Below are positions 1-7,947 of a stretch of 35,853 nt of DNA, piece by piece. The translations under genes and the position numbers were made by a program. A model generated the notes under the pieces. That model had not been told where the DNA came from and did no database searches. It saw only the letters and a list, made by a program, of their open reading frames with translations. The DNA is from an uncultured Dysgonomonadaceae bacterium (GTDB lineage Bacteria; Bacteroidota; Bacteroidia; Bacteroidales; Dysgonomonadaceae), in contig CAZUHZ010000001.1 in the NCBI GenBank assembly GCA_964620895.1, positions 1-35,853 of the forward strand. The letters run 5' to 3'. Position 1 is the stretch's first letter; every line of letters starts with the position of its first letter.

Positions 1-300
1 CGCAGAGCTTATCTCATCCGTTCTAAAGTTGGGATTGATCATGATAGAGTCATTTACATCTATCTCAATGTAAGAATGTCAGTAGATAGGCTGTGCTTGT
101 ACAAAACCAATGCCAGAATGTCACACCATATAGCTACGGGTATCCATTCCATCTTCAGATTTGCACCAATTAGGTCTCAAGACATCAATTCCAACATTAG
201 AATTGATCCCTGTAGCTTAAATGAGATCAATACTGATATCAGAATTGATGTACATAGCACTCATTATATCAATATCATAGTTGAAATTGCAGTAAGTTGA
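1..300 (+). CDS. Possible 3' end of an ORF built from 14-codon tandem repeats; coding status uncertain
   Basis: Frame +1 is open from the window edge to TGA at 298-300; track ORF 76..300 is its Met-delimited part. The translation falls into 14-residue units: IRSKVGIDHDRVIY / IYLNVRMSVDRLCL / YKTNARMSHHIATG / IHSIFRFAPIRSQD / INSNIRIDPCSLNE / INTDIRIDVHSTHY / INIIVEIAVS*. Position 1 is usually Ile, positions 5 and 7 are hydrophobic, and position 6 is usually Arg. Against coding: the composition is Ile/His/Cys-rich and the DNA repeat continues after the stop. Confidence 0.25.
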   Translation, partial: RRAYLIRSKVGIDHDRVIYIYLNVRMSVDRLCLYKTNARMSHHIATGIHSIFRFAPIRSQDINSNIRIDPCSLNEINTDIRIDVHSTHYINIIVEIAVS

Positions 301-407
301 AGTTGATTATGATCAGCATAAAGTTATTTTGGTAGTAAAAGAAAGTTCTTTGTATAGTTTTAATGTTGCAATTGGAGAAAGCAAAGTTGTGAATCTAATC
401 TTGTAGT
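15..407. repeat. Degenerate tandem repeat, period 42 bp, at least 7 clear units plus weaker copies
   Basis: Units in phase at 15, 57, 99, 141, 183, 225 and 267 share the core AGAATTGAT / AGAATGTCA. Units 183 and 225 match at 26/42 positions by hand count. The segment at 280-305 (gttgaaattgcagtaagttgaagttg) recurs at 365-389 (gttgcaattggagaaagcaaagttg), about two periods later. Confidence 0.7.
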
Positions 408-631
408 TTTCATAAATAGTAATGGCTGCTTATTTTATATGACATTGTTTTACAGTGAATGGTATGATAAAGTTGTTATTGAAGATTGAGGTTTCTGGTT
501 GAATTGATAACTACATCATATCATGTTTGTAATCTCGAAATTTTAGTTGTGCATATAAAATTGGTGTTATAATACCAAAATGCAAGCAGTTGTTGAGAAG
601 GATAAAGTATTGAATAGCTATCTTTGAGAAT

Positions 632-664
632 AAAAAAAGTGTCCAAAACATTGCTTTGGACACT
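632..664 (-). terminator. Rho-independent terminator of pgk
   Basis: A 10-bp stem (agtgtccaaa at 638-647 pairing with tttggacact at 655-664) is followed on the minus strand by a T7 run (plus-strand A run 632-638). It lies 57 nt downstream of the pgk stop. Confidence 0.8.
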
Positions 665-720
665 CTAAGATAGTCATACATTTGTATAACCTTATATGTT
701 TGTTAGTAGAGGGCTTTCAA

Positions 721-1983
721 TTAGTAACCTCTAATTGCTTTAATCCCTGGTAACTCTTTGCCCTCCATAAATTCAAGTAAAGCACCACCACCAGTTGATA
801 CATACGATACTTTGTCGGCAAGGCCAAATTTGTTGATACAAGCTACTGAGTCGCCACCGCCAATAAGTGAGAATGCTCCTTTTTCAGTTGCAGCTACAAT
901 TGCTTCGGCAACAGCACGTGAACCATGTTCAAAGTTTGAGAATTCAAACACTCCAGTTGGTCCGTTCCAAAGGATTGTTTTTGAGTTCTTGATAACTTCT
1001 ACAAATCGCTTTTGTGATTCTGGACCACTGTCCAATCCTTCCCATCCGTCAGGAATTTCTCTTACTGAAGCAATAGCGGTGTTTGCATCATTGCTGAAGT
1101 CATCAGCAATTTTGGCGTCAATTGCTAAAACAAGGTTCACACCTTTTTCTTTTGCTTTTTCAACCAATTCTCTAGCAAGGTCGAGTTTGTCATCTTCTAC
1201 AATAGAGTTACCAATTGTTCCACCAAATGCTTTAGAGAATGTATAGGTCATACCTCCAGCAAGTATTAGGTTGTCAACTGAGTCGAGCAAATTGTTGATA
1301 ATCTGTATTTTAGATGAAACCTTAGATCCACCCATAATAGCTGTGAAAGGACGTTCTGTGTCTCTCATCACTTTTTCAACTGCGTTTATCTCTCGTTGCA
1401 TCAAAATACCAAACAGCTTATTATTAGCATCAAAATATTCTGCAATAATAGCCGTAGATGCATGTGCTCTGTGAGCAGTGCCAAAGGCATCATTAACATA
1501 TACATCTGCTAGGGATGCAAGTTTTTTAGCGAACTCTTTTTGAGACACTTTCATTGCTTCTTTAGCAGCTTTCTTCTCTTCGTCGGTTGCATCTTCGGCA
1601 ATATTCCGAGGCTTTCCTTCCTCTTCGGCGTGAAACCTCAGGTTCTCAAGTAATAATACTTCTCCTGGTTGTAGGGCTGCTGCTTTAGCTTCGGCATCGT
1701 CTCCCACACAATCATTCGCAAATTGTACTTCTACGCCTAATAATTTAGAAATATGTGGCTGGATGTGTTTCAACGAAAGTTTGTCTGTAACTTCTTTAGG
1801 ACGTCCAAAGTGTGTGCCAATAATAACACTGCCTCCGTCTTTTAAAATTTTCTTGAAAGTGGGCATACCTGCCCGAATGCGTGTGTCGTCGGTGATGTTA
1901 AATTCTTCATCTAGTGGCACATTGAAGTCCACACGTACAAAAGCTGTTTTACCTGAAAAGTCAAATTGATCGATAGTTTGCAT
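721..1983 (-). CDS. pgk: Phosphoglycerate kinase
   Basis: Full-length 420-aa ORF with the N-terminal [11 protein letters not shown] motif and the C-terminal [11 protein letters not shown] motif typical of PGK. Confidence 0.97.
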   Translation of the reverse strand: MQTIDQFDFSGKTAFVRVDFNVPLDEEFNITDDTRIRAGMPTFKKILKDGGSVIIGTHFGRPKEVTDKLSLKHIQPHISKLLGVEVQFANDCVGDDAEAKAAALQPGEVLLLENLRFHAEEEGKPRNIAEDATDEEKKAAKEAMKVSQKEFAKKLASLADVYVNDAFGTAHRAHASTAIIAEYFDANNKLFGILMQREINAVEKVMRDTERPFTAIMGGSKVSSKIQIINNLLDSVDNLILAGGMTYTFSKAFGGTIGNSIVEDDKLDLARELVEKAKEKGVNLVLAIDAKIADDFSNDANTAIASVREIPDGWEGLDSGPESQKRFVEVIKNSKTILWNGPTGVFEFSNFEHGSRAVAEAIVAATEKGAFSLIGGGDSVACINKFGLADKVSYVSTGGGALLEFMEGKELPGIKAIRGY

Positions 1984-2048
1984 AATATATTTAAGTTTTT
2001 TCTATTGTTCTACGCAATGTTTTTGTTTAAAATAACCAATGTAGATTG

Positions 2049-2056
2049 CAAAGATA
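2049..2056 (-). promoter_or_regulatory. Bacteroidota -7 box (TAtcTTTG) upstream of pgk
   Basis: The minus strand reads TATCTTTGCAATC, matching the TAnnTTTG consensus, 66 nt upstream of the pgk ATG. No clean -33 TTTG at the expected spacing. Confidence 0.4.
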
Positions 2057-2095
2057 ATACAATGTTGTTATTTATTTTTGAATTGCACAAAAAAT

Positions 2096-2518
2096 TTAGT
2101 CTTGGTTTATTTTTATTTCGTATGATACTGGAACGCACGATTTGTACATTGCCAATACTCCACAATAGTTTTCGAATGATAGCTTTACAGCCCTTTCTAT
2201 TTTCTTCTCGGGCAAATCATCACCTTTAAACTCATAGATAAGTTTCATTGATTCGTATTTCTTTGGGTGTTCATCCGTCAATTCGGCATCAACTTTAATG
2301 TCAAAGTGTTTTATTTCGACACGCATTTTTCTGAGCATCGACACCACATCTAGCCCTGTGCAACCTGCAGCAGCAGCAAGCATCAGTCGTTTAGGTCTTG
2401 GTCCTTGGTCTTGCCCACCTTGATCCTCTCCTAAGTCAATTACAATGTTGTGTCCGTCAATATCTGTCGAAAATGTGTTGTTTTCTTTCCAAACTGTTTT
2501 AATAGAATGTGTAGTCAT
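2096..2518 (-). CDS. OsmC/Ohr family peroxiredoxin-like protein
   Basis: 140 aa, the size of the OsmC family, with the two conserved Cys contexts (AAAGCTGLDV and ENYCGV). Confidence 0.85.
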   Translation of the reverse strand: MTTHSIKTVWKENNTFSTDIDGHNIVIDLGEDQGGQDQGPRPKRLMLAAAAGCTGLDVVSMLRKMRVEIKHFDIKVDAELTDEHPKKYESMKLIYEFKGDDLPEKKIERAVKLSFENYCGVLAMYKSCVPVSYEIKINQD

Positions 2519-2672
2519 ATTTCTTCTTTTTGTTGTTGTTCAATCTTATTTATAAACAATTTAATAGTAGTTTAGTTCGATATCGTGAAAATGCACAGAA
2601 ACAGTTTGCTGTAAGGGATTTGTATCAACTAAATCTTTCTGCATTTTAGTTTATTATAATCACACAAAGTGT

Positions 2673-2680
2673 TACTTTTG
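2673..2680 (+). promoter_or_regulatory. Bacteroidota -7 box (TActTTTG) upstream of ansA
   Basis: Exact TAnnTTTG match ending 16 nt before the ATG at 2697. Confidence 0.45.
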
Positions 2681-2696
2681 TACAAAACGAAATGAT

Positions 2697-3743
2697 ATGA
2701 TTGATGCAAATGCTCACTTATTGCTGATTTATACTGGCGGAACAATCGGAATGGTCGAAAACTTGGAGACTGGTGCATTAGAACCTTTTAATTTTAGTCA
2801 TCTCCGTGCTAATGTCCCTGAAATGAAACGCCTTAACTTTCATGTTGATACCTATATTTTCTCACCACTTATCGACTCATCAGAGATTTCGCCAACTAAG
2901 TGGCGAGAAATGTTGCAAGTGGTGAAAGCTCATTATGATGATTACGACGGATTTGTAATTCTGCATGGCACAGATACCATGTCTTACACTGCATCGGCAC
3001 TAAGCTTTATGTTTGAAAATCTGACTAAGCCCATTATATTTACAGGCTCACAACTCCCCATTGGTAAGCTTAGAACCGATGGTAAAGAAAACCTGATAAC
3101 TGCGCTTGAAATTGCTGCGGATAAAGATGCAGATGGACATCCTGTAGTGCCTGAGGTTTGTATCTATTTTCAAAACGTGCTTTTCAGAGCCAATAGAACA
3201 ACTAAAATAAATGCGGAAAACTTCAATGCCTTTACGAGTGCCAACTTATCTTCTCTGGCAGAAGCTGGTGTCACAATTCGTTACAATACAACTGATGTTT
3301 TAAAACCTGATTACAACCAAGATGTTCTGTTTTATAGTTCACTTGACGAATCTATCGCTGTGCTCAAAATATTCCCAGGCATTTCTCCTGCAGTAGTGTC
3401 TGCAATACTTAATGCAGAAAATATAAAAGGGGTTGTGTTAGAAACTTATGGCTCGGGCAATGCTTTGAGAGACGATTGGTTTCTTTCTGCGTTGAAACAA
3501 GCAATAGAGCGCAACGTGGTGATTGTAAATGTAACTCAATGCCTATATGGCGAAGTTGCCATGCAGCGTTACGAGACTGGACAACTATTGCTTAAAGCGG
3601 GTGTGATAAGTGGACACGATATGACAACTGAGGCTGCCATTACTAAGTTGATGTATCTGTTTGGTTTGGGTAAAACACCAAAAGAGGTGTGCAAGCTGAT
3701 GCAAGTATCACTGAGAGGTGAGATGAGTGCGGTAGAAGATTGA
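2697..3743 (+). CDS. ansA: Type I L-asparaginase
   Basis: 348 aa with the catalytic-Thr motif IYTGGTIGM and the HGTDTM motif of the asparaginase/glutaminase family. Confidence 0.9.
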   Translation: MIDANAHLLLIYTGGTIGMVENLETGALEPFNFSHLRANVPEMKRLNFHVDTYIFSPLIDSSEISPTKWREMLQVVKAHYDDYDGFVILHGTDTMSYTASALSFMFENLTKPIIFTGSQLPIGKLRTDGKENLITALEIAADKDADGHPVVPEVCIYFQNVLFRANRTTKINAENFNAFTSANLSSLAEAGVTIRYNTTDVLKPDYNQDVLFYSSLDESIAVLKIFPGISPAVVSAILNAENIKGVVLETYGSGNALRDDWFLSALKQAIERNVVIVNVTQCLYGEVAMQRYETGQLLLKAGVISGHDMTTEAAITKLMYLFGLGKTPKEVCKLMQVSLRGEMSAVED

Positions 3744-3994
3744 TGGCTGCAAAAGATAAAGAAGCTTGCAGCAAAAGAAAGAGCTCGTAATACAACAAAT
3801 AAATCTTTGATTATTAGTTGCTGATACACATATTTATAAATACGTGCCGAATAATCCGTGTTAAATCCTATCGAGAATATCATCACACTAACAGGATAAA
3901 TTTCATCAAATATATAATTTATCGATAAAAAATGCTTATACTTGTCTTATAGACTACAAAGTTTTAAATGATACAATTAAGAGTAAAATAATAA

Positions 3995-5788
3995 ATGAAT
4001 AATTTAGATTACGGAGTAATAGGAAATTGTAGAAGTGCAGCATTGGTGTCAAAACGAGGGAGTATAGATTGGTTTTGTTTTCCCGATTTCGATTCACCCT
4101 CTATTTTTTCTCGTCTCCTTGACAAGGAGAAGGGAGGGCATTTCTCATTTGTTGTTTCAGACGACTACACCATTTCGCAAAGATATGTAGATAAGACAAA
4201 TATACTCATCACAACTTACGAAGCTGAGGAAGGTGCTTTTTTGGTGTTCGATTATATGCCCCACTATACAACTACTGAAAGGAAATCGTTTCTCCCACCC
4301 GAAATACATCGTTATATGCGAGTTATCAGGGGTAATCCTCGTGTGAGAGTTGATTATCAGCCACGTATGAATTATGCGCGCGAAAAGGTAAACCATTTGA
4401 AATTTGATGACTATATAAAAACAGTTTCTGTAGAAAACGAAGAGGATAAAATTTATCTCTACACAAGTCTAGATTTTGACACTGTGCTGAATGGTGATGA
4501 GTTTGTTTTGACAGAACATCAGTTTTTTCTTCTCTCTTACAATCAAAAATTGGTAAAAGTAGATTTAGAAGGAATACACCTCAACTACGAGCGTACAAAA
4601 GTATATTGGATGAACTGGAGTAGCCGCTCAAGACAATTTAAAGAGCACAACGATTTAATCACTCGAAGCATACTTGTCCTTAAGTTAATGTCTTATCAAT
4701 ACTCGGGCGCAGTGTTGGCAGCTCTTACCACTAGTTTGCCTGAGTCGATTGGCGAAGTACGTAACTGGGACTATCGATTTTGCTGGGTGAGGGATGCCTC
4801 TATGACTATTGATACCTTTTTATACATGAAGCATGGCAACACTGCCAAAAGATTCATCGGATTTATAACACAGATATTGAAATCGCGCGATGATGACTTT
4901 CAAATAATGTATGGCATTCGTGGTGAGAAGAAATTGACAGAGGAGGTGCTAACGCATTTGTCAGGCTACGAAAACTCTGCACCAGTAAGGGTTGGTAATG
5001 CTGCTTATGATCAGAAACAAAATGACTCAATTGGCTATCTACTCGATGTTATCTATCAATATTATTTTTATTTTCCTGGCACACTAGACGAGGTTGAAGA
5101 GATTTGGGAAATTGTGAAGAATCTTGTTCGTCGCGTATTGCGCGATTGGCAAAAGCCAGATCAAAGTATTTGGGAGTTTAGAACTATCTCTCGTCACTTT
5201 GTGTTTTCTAAAGTAATGAGCTGGGTAGCTATTGATAGGGCTTCAAAAATTGCATCGCTCATTCAGAAAGACAATTATGCGAATGCATGGGAAGGGGCAG
5301 CAGCAGAAATAAAAGAAGATATTATAACTAACGGTTGGAAGGAAGAGATACAATGTTTTTCGCAGGCTTACGATAATTTGGATTACGACTCTTCGGTTTT
5401 GTTGATGCAAACTTATGGCTTTATTGAAGCTACCGACGAGCGCTACATCAAAACAGTGAAAACTATTAAAGAAAACTTATTACATAATGGCCTTATGTAT
5501 AGGTATAAATCGGCAGATGATTTCGGAGAACCTACATCAGCTTTCACTATTTGCACATTTTGGCTCATAGAAGCACTGTATGCAATTGGAGAGCACGATG
5601 AGGCGAAGGAGATATTTGATGATCTCATTAAAAATGTAAATCATGTTGGTTTGATGAGCGAAGACCTCGATTTTGAAACAAAACGCAGGCTAGGAAACTT
5701 TCCGCAAGCCTATTCACACCTAGCATTAATTAATACAGCATCGTTGTTTGTGGAAGAGAAAACATTGTCTCAGTTTATACGTGCTTAG
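3995..5788 (+). CDS. Glycoside hydrolase family 15 protein (glucoamylase/trehalase-like)
   Basis: 597 aa. The N-terminal YGVIGNCRSAALVSKRGSIDWFCFPDFDSPS and the central NWDYRFCWVRDAS motifs are characteristic of bacterial GH15 enzymes. Confidence 0.85.
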   Translation: MNNLDYGVIGNCRSAALVSKRGSIDWFCFPDFDSPSIFSRLLDKEKGGHFSFVVSDDYTISQRYVDKTNILITTYEAEEGAFLVFDYMPHYTTTERKSFLPPEIHRYMRVIRGNPRVRVDYQPRMNYAREKVNHLKFDDYIKTVSVENEEDKIYLYTSLDFDTVLNGDEFVLTEHQFFLLSYNQKLVKVDLEGIHLNYERTKVYWMNWSSRSRQFKEHNDLITRSILVLKLMSYQYSGAVLAALTTSLPESIGEVRNWDYRFCWVRDASMTIDTFLYMKHGNTAKRFIGFITQILKSRDDDFQIMYGIRGEKKLTEEVLTHLSGYENSAPVRVGNAAYDQKQNDSIGYLLDVIYQYYFYFPGTLDEVEEIWEIVKNLVRRVLRDWQKPDQSIWEFRTISRHFVFSKVMSWVAIDRASKIASLIQKDNYANAWEGAAAEIKEDIITNGWKEEIQCFSQAYDNLDYDSSVLLMQTYGFIEATDERYIKTVKTIKENLLHNGLMYRYKSADDFGEPTSAFTICTFWLIEALYAIGEHDEAKEIFDDLIKNVNHVGLMSEDLDFETKRRLGNFPQAYSHLALINTASLFVEEKTLSQFIRA

Positions 5789-5842
5789 TTGAAGCTATTT
5801 GCAAAAAGCAATAACAGCACCACAGATGTATGAGTTATGTGG

Positions 5843-6080
5843 TGGGGTGGGTGAGATAATTGTCAATTGTTAAGGGGATGTTGGGTAGAGACGCAATACT
5901 TTGCGCCATTGGTATAATAACATCTGCAGCAGCAAAAAAAATTGTAGAGTGTAGATTGCTAATGAAAAATCCACTAAGGGGTGACATTATTATGTTAATC
6001 CAGCAGTAGTTAAGACCAACACAAACCTCGCAAGGGGTGATATTATAAATGAGGGGGTGAGGTAATTATCAATTGTAATG
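5843..6080. repeat. Cluster of G-rich short repeats (GGGTGAGnTAATTnTCAATTGT x2; AAGGGGTGAnATTAT x2)
   Basis: gggtgagataattgtcaattgt (5849-5870) and gggtgaggtaattatcaattgt (6055-6076) are identical at 20/22 positions. aaggggtgacattat (5976-5990) and aaggggtgatattat (6032-6046) are identical at 14/15. A related ggagtgaggtatcaa occurs near 21682-21696. Confidence 0.6.
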
Positions 6081-6327
6081 TGGTAGAATCTTCTGTCATT
6101 CCAATACGTAAGACTAGAATCTGTCAAATTTTTCTAGCATATTATAGCAAATTTCTCACTACGTTGCCAATGGTGTAACTTTATAACATTGTGTTAAACA
6201 AGAGTATATGCAGCACTCTGTCTTTAGTAAAGAAACAAGCAAACACACTCTTTACTGGTGTTCTGGTATCCTAGTCAGGAGGGTAATGCTAACGTTCAAA
6301 GTATAATCAGCCCTCCACGTTTCTCGT

Positions 6328-6654
6328 AGAAACGGCATTCATCTCTCTGTTTTCATTTCATTCGTAGTAGATTTTTCCTTTATACCATTACACTATTTCC
6401 TGCTGAAGTTGATTTGATGTCTATCTCATTATTTTCATTTCCACTAGCGAAGATTCTAATTTCATCTTATTTTCTAATTTCCCATGCAGTGGATTTTAGT
6501 TTTATGCCAGGGTTGCCAAATTCTTTACGATGGTTTTTAGTTTTATGTCATGATTGCGTAATCCAACATGGTGGATTTGAATTTCATGTCACTATTGCCA
6601 TTTTGTATGCGTTGGGTTTGATTTGTATCTCATAAGGATGGCTTTTGATAAACG
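6328..6654. repeat. Degenerate tandem repeat, period 41 bp, 8 units
   Basis: Unit starts are at 6328, 6369, 6410, 6451, 6491, 6532, 6573 and 6614. The core is about 19 nt: agatttttcctttatacca / tgatttgatgtctatctca / agattctaatttcatctta / ggattttagttttatgcca / ggtttttagttttatgtca / ggatttgaatttcatgtca / gggtttgatttgtatctca. The 10-mer ttttcatttc occurs at the same phase at 6350 and 6432, which are 82 bp apart. Confidence 0.7.
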
Positions 6655-6709
6655 CATTGTTTTGCTTCCGATTCCCAATAGAGTGCAAAACTATAATGCA
6701 ATAGAACAC

Positions 6710-6750
6710 AAAAAAACGATTTTGCAGGCAAACCTGCAAAATCGTTTTTA
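6710..6750. terminator. Bidirectional rho-independent terminator (serves OmpA gene; could also stop rightward transcripts)
   Basis: A perfect 12-bp stem (cgattttgcagg at 6717-6728 pairing with cctgcaaaatcg at 6733-6744, loop caaa) is flanked by A7 on the left (T7 on the minus strand) and ttttt on the right. It lies 58 nt downstream of the OmpA-family gene stop. Confidence 0.8.
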
Positions 6751-6807
6751 ATTGATTAGTCACTATAACCTCAAAAAAGGTTTATGACTTTTATTTTAAT
6801 ACTGAGA

Positions 6808-7947
6808 TTAGTCGGCGATGAAAATTGCAACGCGGTTCCAATCGTTTTCAGCATATGGTTGTTCTGTATCACCTTTCCAGTCTAAGTTAATTCTGCTGCT
6901 GTCAATATTGTATTGGCTAGTTAAAGCATCAGCTACAGCTTTCGCACGTCTTTCAGAGAGCTTCATGTTATAATCAGGAGTTCCTGTTTGACGGTCTGCA
7001 TAAGCTACAATTTCAACTGTTGCATTAGGATTAGACTTCAAGTATTCAGCTGTGTTATAAACACTGATTTGCTGTTGTCTGTCAATAGTTGCAGAGTTCA
7101 GACGGAAGAATACTACGTTAGGTACATATACACTTTCAGCCGCAGCTTGTTGTGGTTGTACTTCTGGACATTCTGGACAGAATTCTGGTCTCTTGCTTAA
7201 GTTTTCGTTTTCTGCACGAAGTCTGTTGATTTGACTGTTCAAGTCATTAATCAAGTTGTAGTCTAACAATTCAGCACTAGTGAAATCTTGTTTTCCACCT
7301 AAACCAAATTTAATACCTACAAGAGCTTGACCAATTGCGTCGTATGAATAGTCACCATCAGTGTTATTTGTGAATCTTACGCCAAAATTATCTTTAACCA
7401 AAGCAGCTGCTAATTCAACAAAGATAGAGAAGTTGTTAGATAATTGGAAGTTGTTGATCAAACCCATGTTCCAACTAAACTCAAGGTTTTCGTCACCACC
7501 AAAATCTTCATCAAATCCTATCATTCCACCTAAACCAATGTATGGTATAAAGTTATATACTCTGTCAGCTCTGTAACCAACTAAAGCATTTGTGGCATTC
7601 CACATAAGATCTATGTGAGGATTGATGCTGTTGCTTGAAATGTAGCTGTCTGCAGGTTTGTTGTAGTGCTCGTGTTGAGCAACGTTAATAGCCAAACGTC
7701 CACCAAAAACAGGTGTGAGCCATTTACCTACAGATAGTTGTCCTTGCCATGAGGTTACATCCATGTAGTCTGCATCATTGAAACCATTGCCGAAAAATGT
7801 GTTACCACCACCAGCAAGGCTCATAAACCAATTGTCGCTTTTCTTGTTCTTTAGGAAAACGTCACCATAAGAAACATTCTGTGTCTCTTGAGCACTTATA
7901 CTAAATGCTACAAAGATTGACATTAATAATAAACTAATTTTTTTCAT
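6808..7947 (-). CDS. OmpA-family outer membrane protein
   Basis: 379 aa. It has a signal peptide (MKKISLLLMSIFVAFSISAQ), a beta-rich N-terminal half, a coiled linker (LNSQINRLRAENENL) and a C-terminal OmpA peptidoglycan-binding domain (YADRQTGTPDYNMKLSERRAKAV). Confidence 0.85.
   Translation of the reverse strand: MKKISLLLMSIFVAFSISAQETQNVSYGDVFLKNKKSDNWFMSLAGGGNTFFGNGFNDADYMDVTSWQGQLSVGKWLTPVFGGRLAINVAQHEHYNKPADSYISSNSINPHIDLMWNATNALVGYRADRVYNFIPYIGLGGMIGFDEDFGGDENLEFSWNMGLINNFQLSNNFSIFVELAAALVKDNFGVRFTNNTDGDYSYDAIGQALVGIKFGLGGKQDFTSAELLDYNLINDLNSQINRLRAENENLSKRPEFCPECPEVQPQQAAAESVYVPNVVFFRLNSATIDRQQQISVYNTAEYLKSNPNATVEIVAYADRQTGTPDYNMKLSERRAKAVADALTSQYNIDSSRINLDWKGDTEQPYAENDWNRVAIFIAD

Noticed and set aside
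1-300. Minus-strand reading of the left-edge repeat, possibly with recoded stop codons
   Set aside because: The minus frame gives protein-like 14-aa units (GIDVLRPNW..., EIDVNDSIMINPNF) but has in-frame TAA/TGA stops at periodic positions (tgacattct occurs twice). TGA recoding is excluded because TGA terminates ansA (3741-3743) and the GNAT gene (22308-22310) at normal protein lengths.
619-626. Plus-strand TAtcTTTG box pointing into the 3' end of pgk (antisense promoter?)
   Set aside because: This is a single 8-mer match without a -33 TTTG, and such matches are expected by chance in AT-rich DNA. The adjacent hairpin has no plus-strand T-run. The evidence is insufficient.
758-1969. Three + strand ORFs (758..1246, 1271..1474, 1763..1969) inside pgk
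   Set aside because: They lie antisense within a full-length, motif-verified pgk gene and have no independent support. The same reasoning applies to the other antisense ORFs in the track inside htrA, lysA, fmt, the ClC gene, nadK, exbB and others.
3569-3886. 105-aa minus-strand ORF spanning the ansA 3' end and the ansA-GH15 spacer
   Set aside because: It overlaps ansA by about 175 nt in antisense, has junk-like composition, and is not followed by a terminator or preceded by a promoter box.
6489-6582. DnaA boxes / replication origin in the repeat array
   Set aside because: agtggattt and ggtggattt match the TGTGGATAA consensus at only 6/9 positions. There is no dnaA or dnaN nearby and no clear AT-rich unwinding element distinct from the background.
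6414-6635. 73-aa ORF on the + strand in the large gap
   Set aside because: It lies exactly on the 41-bp array, whose period is not a multiple of 3, so the peptide has no matching repeat. It is a hydrophobic low-complexity translation of a T-rich strand. There is no TAnnTTTG box upstream and no recognisable family.
6328-6654. Possible CRISPR array (regular 41-bp spacing of a repeated core)
   Set aside because: The conserved core is only about 19 nt and its copies differ at roughly a third of positions. The 21-nt 'spacers' are themselves related between units. No cas genes are in the window. It behaves like a decayed tandem duplication, not a repeat-spacer architecture.
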